64,000 nt of DNA, from positions 102,409 to 166,408 of the IMG/VR virus record IMGVR_UViG_3300042924_004713, one strand, 5' to 3'. Made by a program: the position numbers and the translations under genes. The notes under the pieces are model-generated. The model did no database searches. It was not told the DNA's origin and was given only the letters and a program-made list of their open reading frames with translations. Of the stretch, positions 62,748 through 64,000 are shown piece by piece. Position 1 is the stretch's first letter, and each line of letters opens with the position of its first letter. The DNA comes from a virus.

Positions 62748-62776
62748 ATTATGCCAAAATTAAACTAGTAGGTCAA
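62748..62776 (-). promoter_or_regulatory. Sigma70 promoter of the tRNA cassette
   Basis: TTGACC-17 nt-CATAAT with an extended TG; predicted +1 within a couple of nucleotides of the tRNA 5' end. Confidence 0.7.
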
Positions 62777-62793
62777 TTAATTTGGTAAACCAC

Positions 62794-62881
62794 TAAATAC
62801 TATTAACGCACTCTGCGTTTTATGCGGCAACCACCGCGTAGTGGCTAGAACCCACATCGGACTTCTTTAAGGAGAAAACAA
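62794..62881 (+). promoter_or_regulatory. Late promoter (TAAATA) followed by a three-hairpin 5' leader and a strong RBS
   Basis: Hairpins at 62805-19, 62821-40 and 62841-55; AAGGAG before ATG 62882. Confidence 0.55.
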
Positions 62882-63628
62882 ATGGGGCGTCCTCTCAAAA
62901 TACAAAAATATTCTACTAATTCTGGTATTGGTGCACCTGGTGCAGCAGTAGGCATTGATGTTGGTTTTCCAAACTTTGGCTCACTGACAGATCCAGAGTA
63001 TAATGTCAACCCAACAACTCTAAGTGCAAACGATTATCTTGGCGTGGTTGGCGGACTTCGTACCACTGCCACATCAGCTACTAATCCTGTGGTCAAGTGT
63101 ATTGTAAACATCGCCAACAGCTACACAGGTGTAGATGATGGTGTTATCCTGCGTCAAAAAGGTGCTCACAAATTTCTAGTGGCCACGAACACAGCTATTG
63201 ACCCTGCCAACGCAGTGGTGGGTGTCAGTGTGCGCATTGCTAGCCTTGGGGACACCAATTGGGTAGCTATGGGTGCACCAGTGGGTGCCGCAGTAGGCAC
63301 TATTTTCTTAGTTACAGCAGCCGCAGGCGCTGGTACCACAGGCACCTGTCAAGAAGTCGGTGTGTGCGTTTTAGACAATGATGCAACTCCTCCTGGCGGC
63401 AGCATGGCCATTGGCTTCTCAGTAGGAGATTCAACAATTACCTACATCAGCAAGCTAACCAACAAGTGGCTGTTGGATTGGACTGGAGGTAACGACTACG
63501 GTTACTCCAGCGTGGTAAATGATGTGCGTTATGTATCAAACTTCTTCACTGACGAAGGCACTGTGATCAAGAGTGGTACTGCAAATACCACAGTGATACC
63601 AGGGCAAGTTGAGAAGTGGACTAGCTAA
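62882..63628 (+). CDS. Probable virion structural protein
   Basis: Late promoter motif, strong RBS, Gly/Ala/Thr/Val-rich composition. Confidence 0.6.
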   Translation: MGRPLKIQKYSTNSGIGAPGAAVGIDVGFPNFGSLTDPEYNVNPTTLSANDYLGVVGGLRTTATSATNPVVKCIVNIANSYTGVDDGVILRQKGAHKFLVATNTAIDPANAVVGVSVRIASLGDTNWVAMGAPVGAAVGTIFLVTAAAGAGTTGTCQEVGVCVLDNDATPPGGSMAIGFSVGDSTITYISKLTNKWLLDWTGGNDYGYSSVVNDVRYVSNFFTDEGTVIKSGTANTTVIPGQVEKWTS

Positions 63629-63647
63629 CACTTTTAATACTGTTAGG

Positions 63648-63682
63648 ATCCTCCCAGAACTACATACTGGGAGGATTTTTTT
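63648..63682 (+). terminator. Terminator-like hairpin that also contains the RBS of the next gene
   Basis: atcctcccag-aactacata-ctgggaggat followed by a T run. Confidence 0.7.
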
Positions 63683-64000
63683 ATGACTATAGCTTTTGCA
63701 CTGGCAAATGGTGTTAGTAGACAAGGACTTGATCTTGCCTGGTTACACCACTACGGCTCAATTTATGGCTGCAATGCACTCTACAAAGATTACGAACCAG
63801 ACGTGCTGGTGGCCACTGACGCTCCGATCAGTGGACGAATTCAAGATTCTGGCTACAGTCAGCGTAAAACATTCTACACTCGTAGATGCTATCCAAATTC
63901 TGGAGCAAGGCAGATCCCCAAAAAATACTACGGAAACAGCTCAGGACCAGTGGCCGCTGCACTAGCAGCTATTGACGGACACACGCAGATCTATTTGCTG
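63683..64000 (+). CDS. Hypothetical protein (MptE/DUF115-like N-terminus), truncated by the window end; not in the ORF track
   Basis: MTIAFALANGVSRQGLDL...IYGCNALY...PDVLVATD...SSGPVA; open to 64000. Confidence 0.7.
   Translation, partial: MTIAFALANGVSRQGLDLAWLHHYGSIYGCNALYKDYEPDVLVATDAPISGRIQDSGYSQRKTFYTRRCYPNSGARQIPKKYYGNSSGPVAAALAAIDGHTQIYLL

Noticed and set aside
63696-63965. 89-aa ORF listed at the window end
   Set aside because: It is an alternative frame. The frame from ATG 63683 has an SD, recognisable motifs (GCNALY, PDVLVATD) and stays open to the edge.
1-64000. Genome-wide TAG reassignment (code 15-like), suggested by the CUA tRNA
   Set aside because: Genes tile the window densely under code 11, including a 14-kb ORF, and TAG serves as a plausible stop for five genes. 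Only one in-frame TAG candidate was found.

Overview
A 64-kb segment of a large T4-like (myovirus-type) bacteriophage genome in the standard genetic code, densely coded. Left arm (minus strand, <1-13067): an accessory operon with five radical SAM enzymes, two paralogous unknown proteins, an SGNH-like protein and three glycosyltransferase-like proteins. Next (minus strand, 13141-42360): tail-fibre and baseplate genes, including a 4749-aa giant protein and gp6-, gp25-, gp5- and gp53-like genes. Centre (plus strand): gp55-like late sigma factor, gp47/gp46 nuclease, a sixth radical SAM enzyme, a Holliday-junction resolvase, and a strongly structured ~380-nt mostly non-coding segment. Then a minus-strand operon headed by a gp26-like chaperone that carries a -1 slippery site. 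Right arm (plus strand): tape measure/transglycosylase, portal, prohead core, protease, scaffold and major capsid. The most striking element is a small minus-strand cassette after the capsid gene (61793-62776). It has its own sigma70 promoter, an atypical tRNA with a CUA (amber) anticodon, a GC-rich structured RNA, a lipoprotein gene, and a gene whose RBS-ATG is followed by an in-frame TAG at codon 3. This looks like an amber-gated gene co-transcribed with its own suppressor tRNA, in a phage that is otherwise not recoded. All family assignments come from motif recognition by eye, not from database searches.
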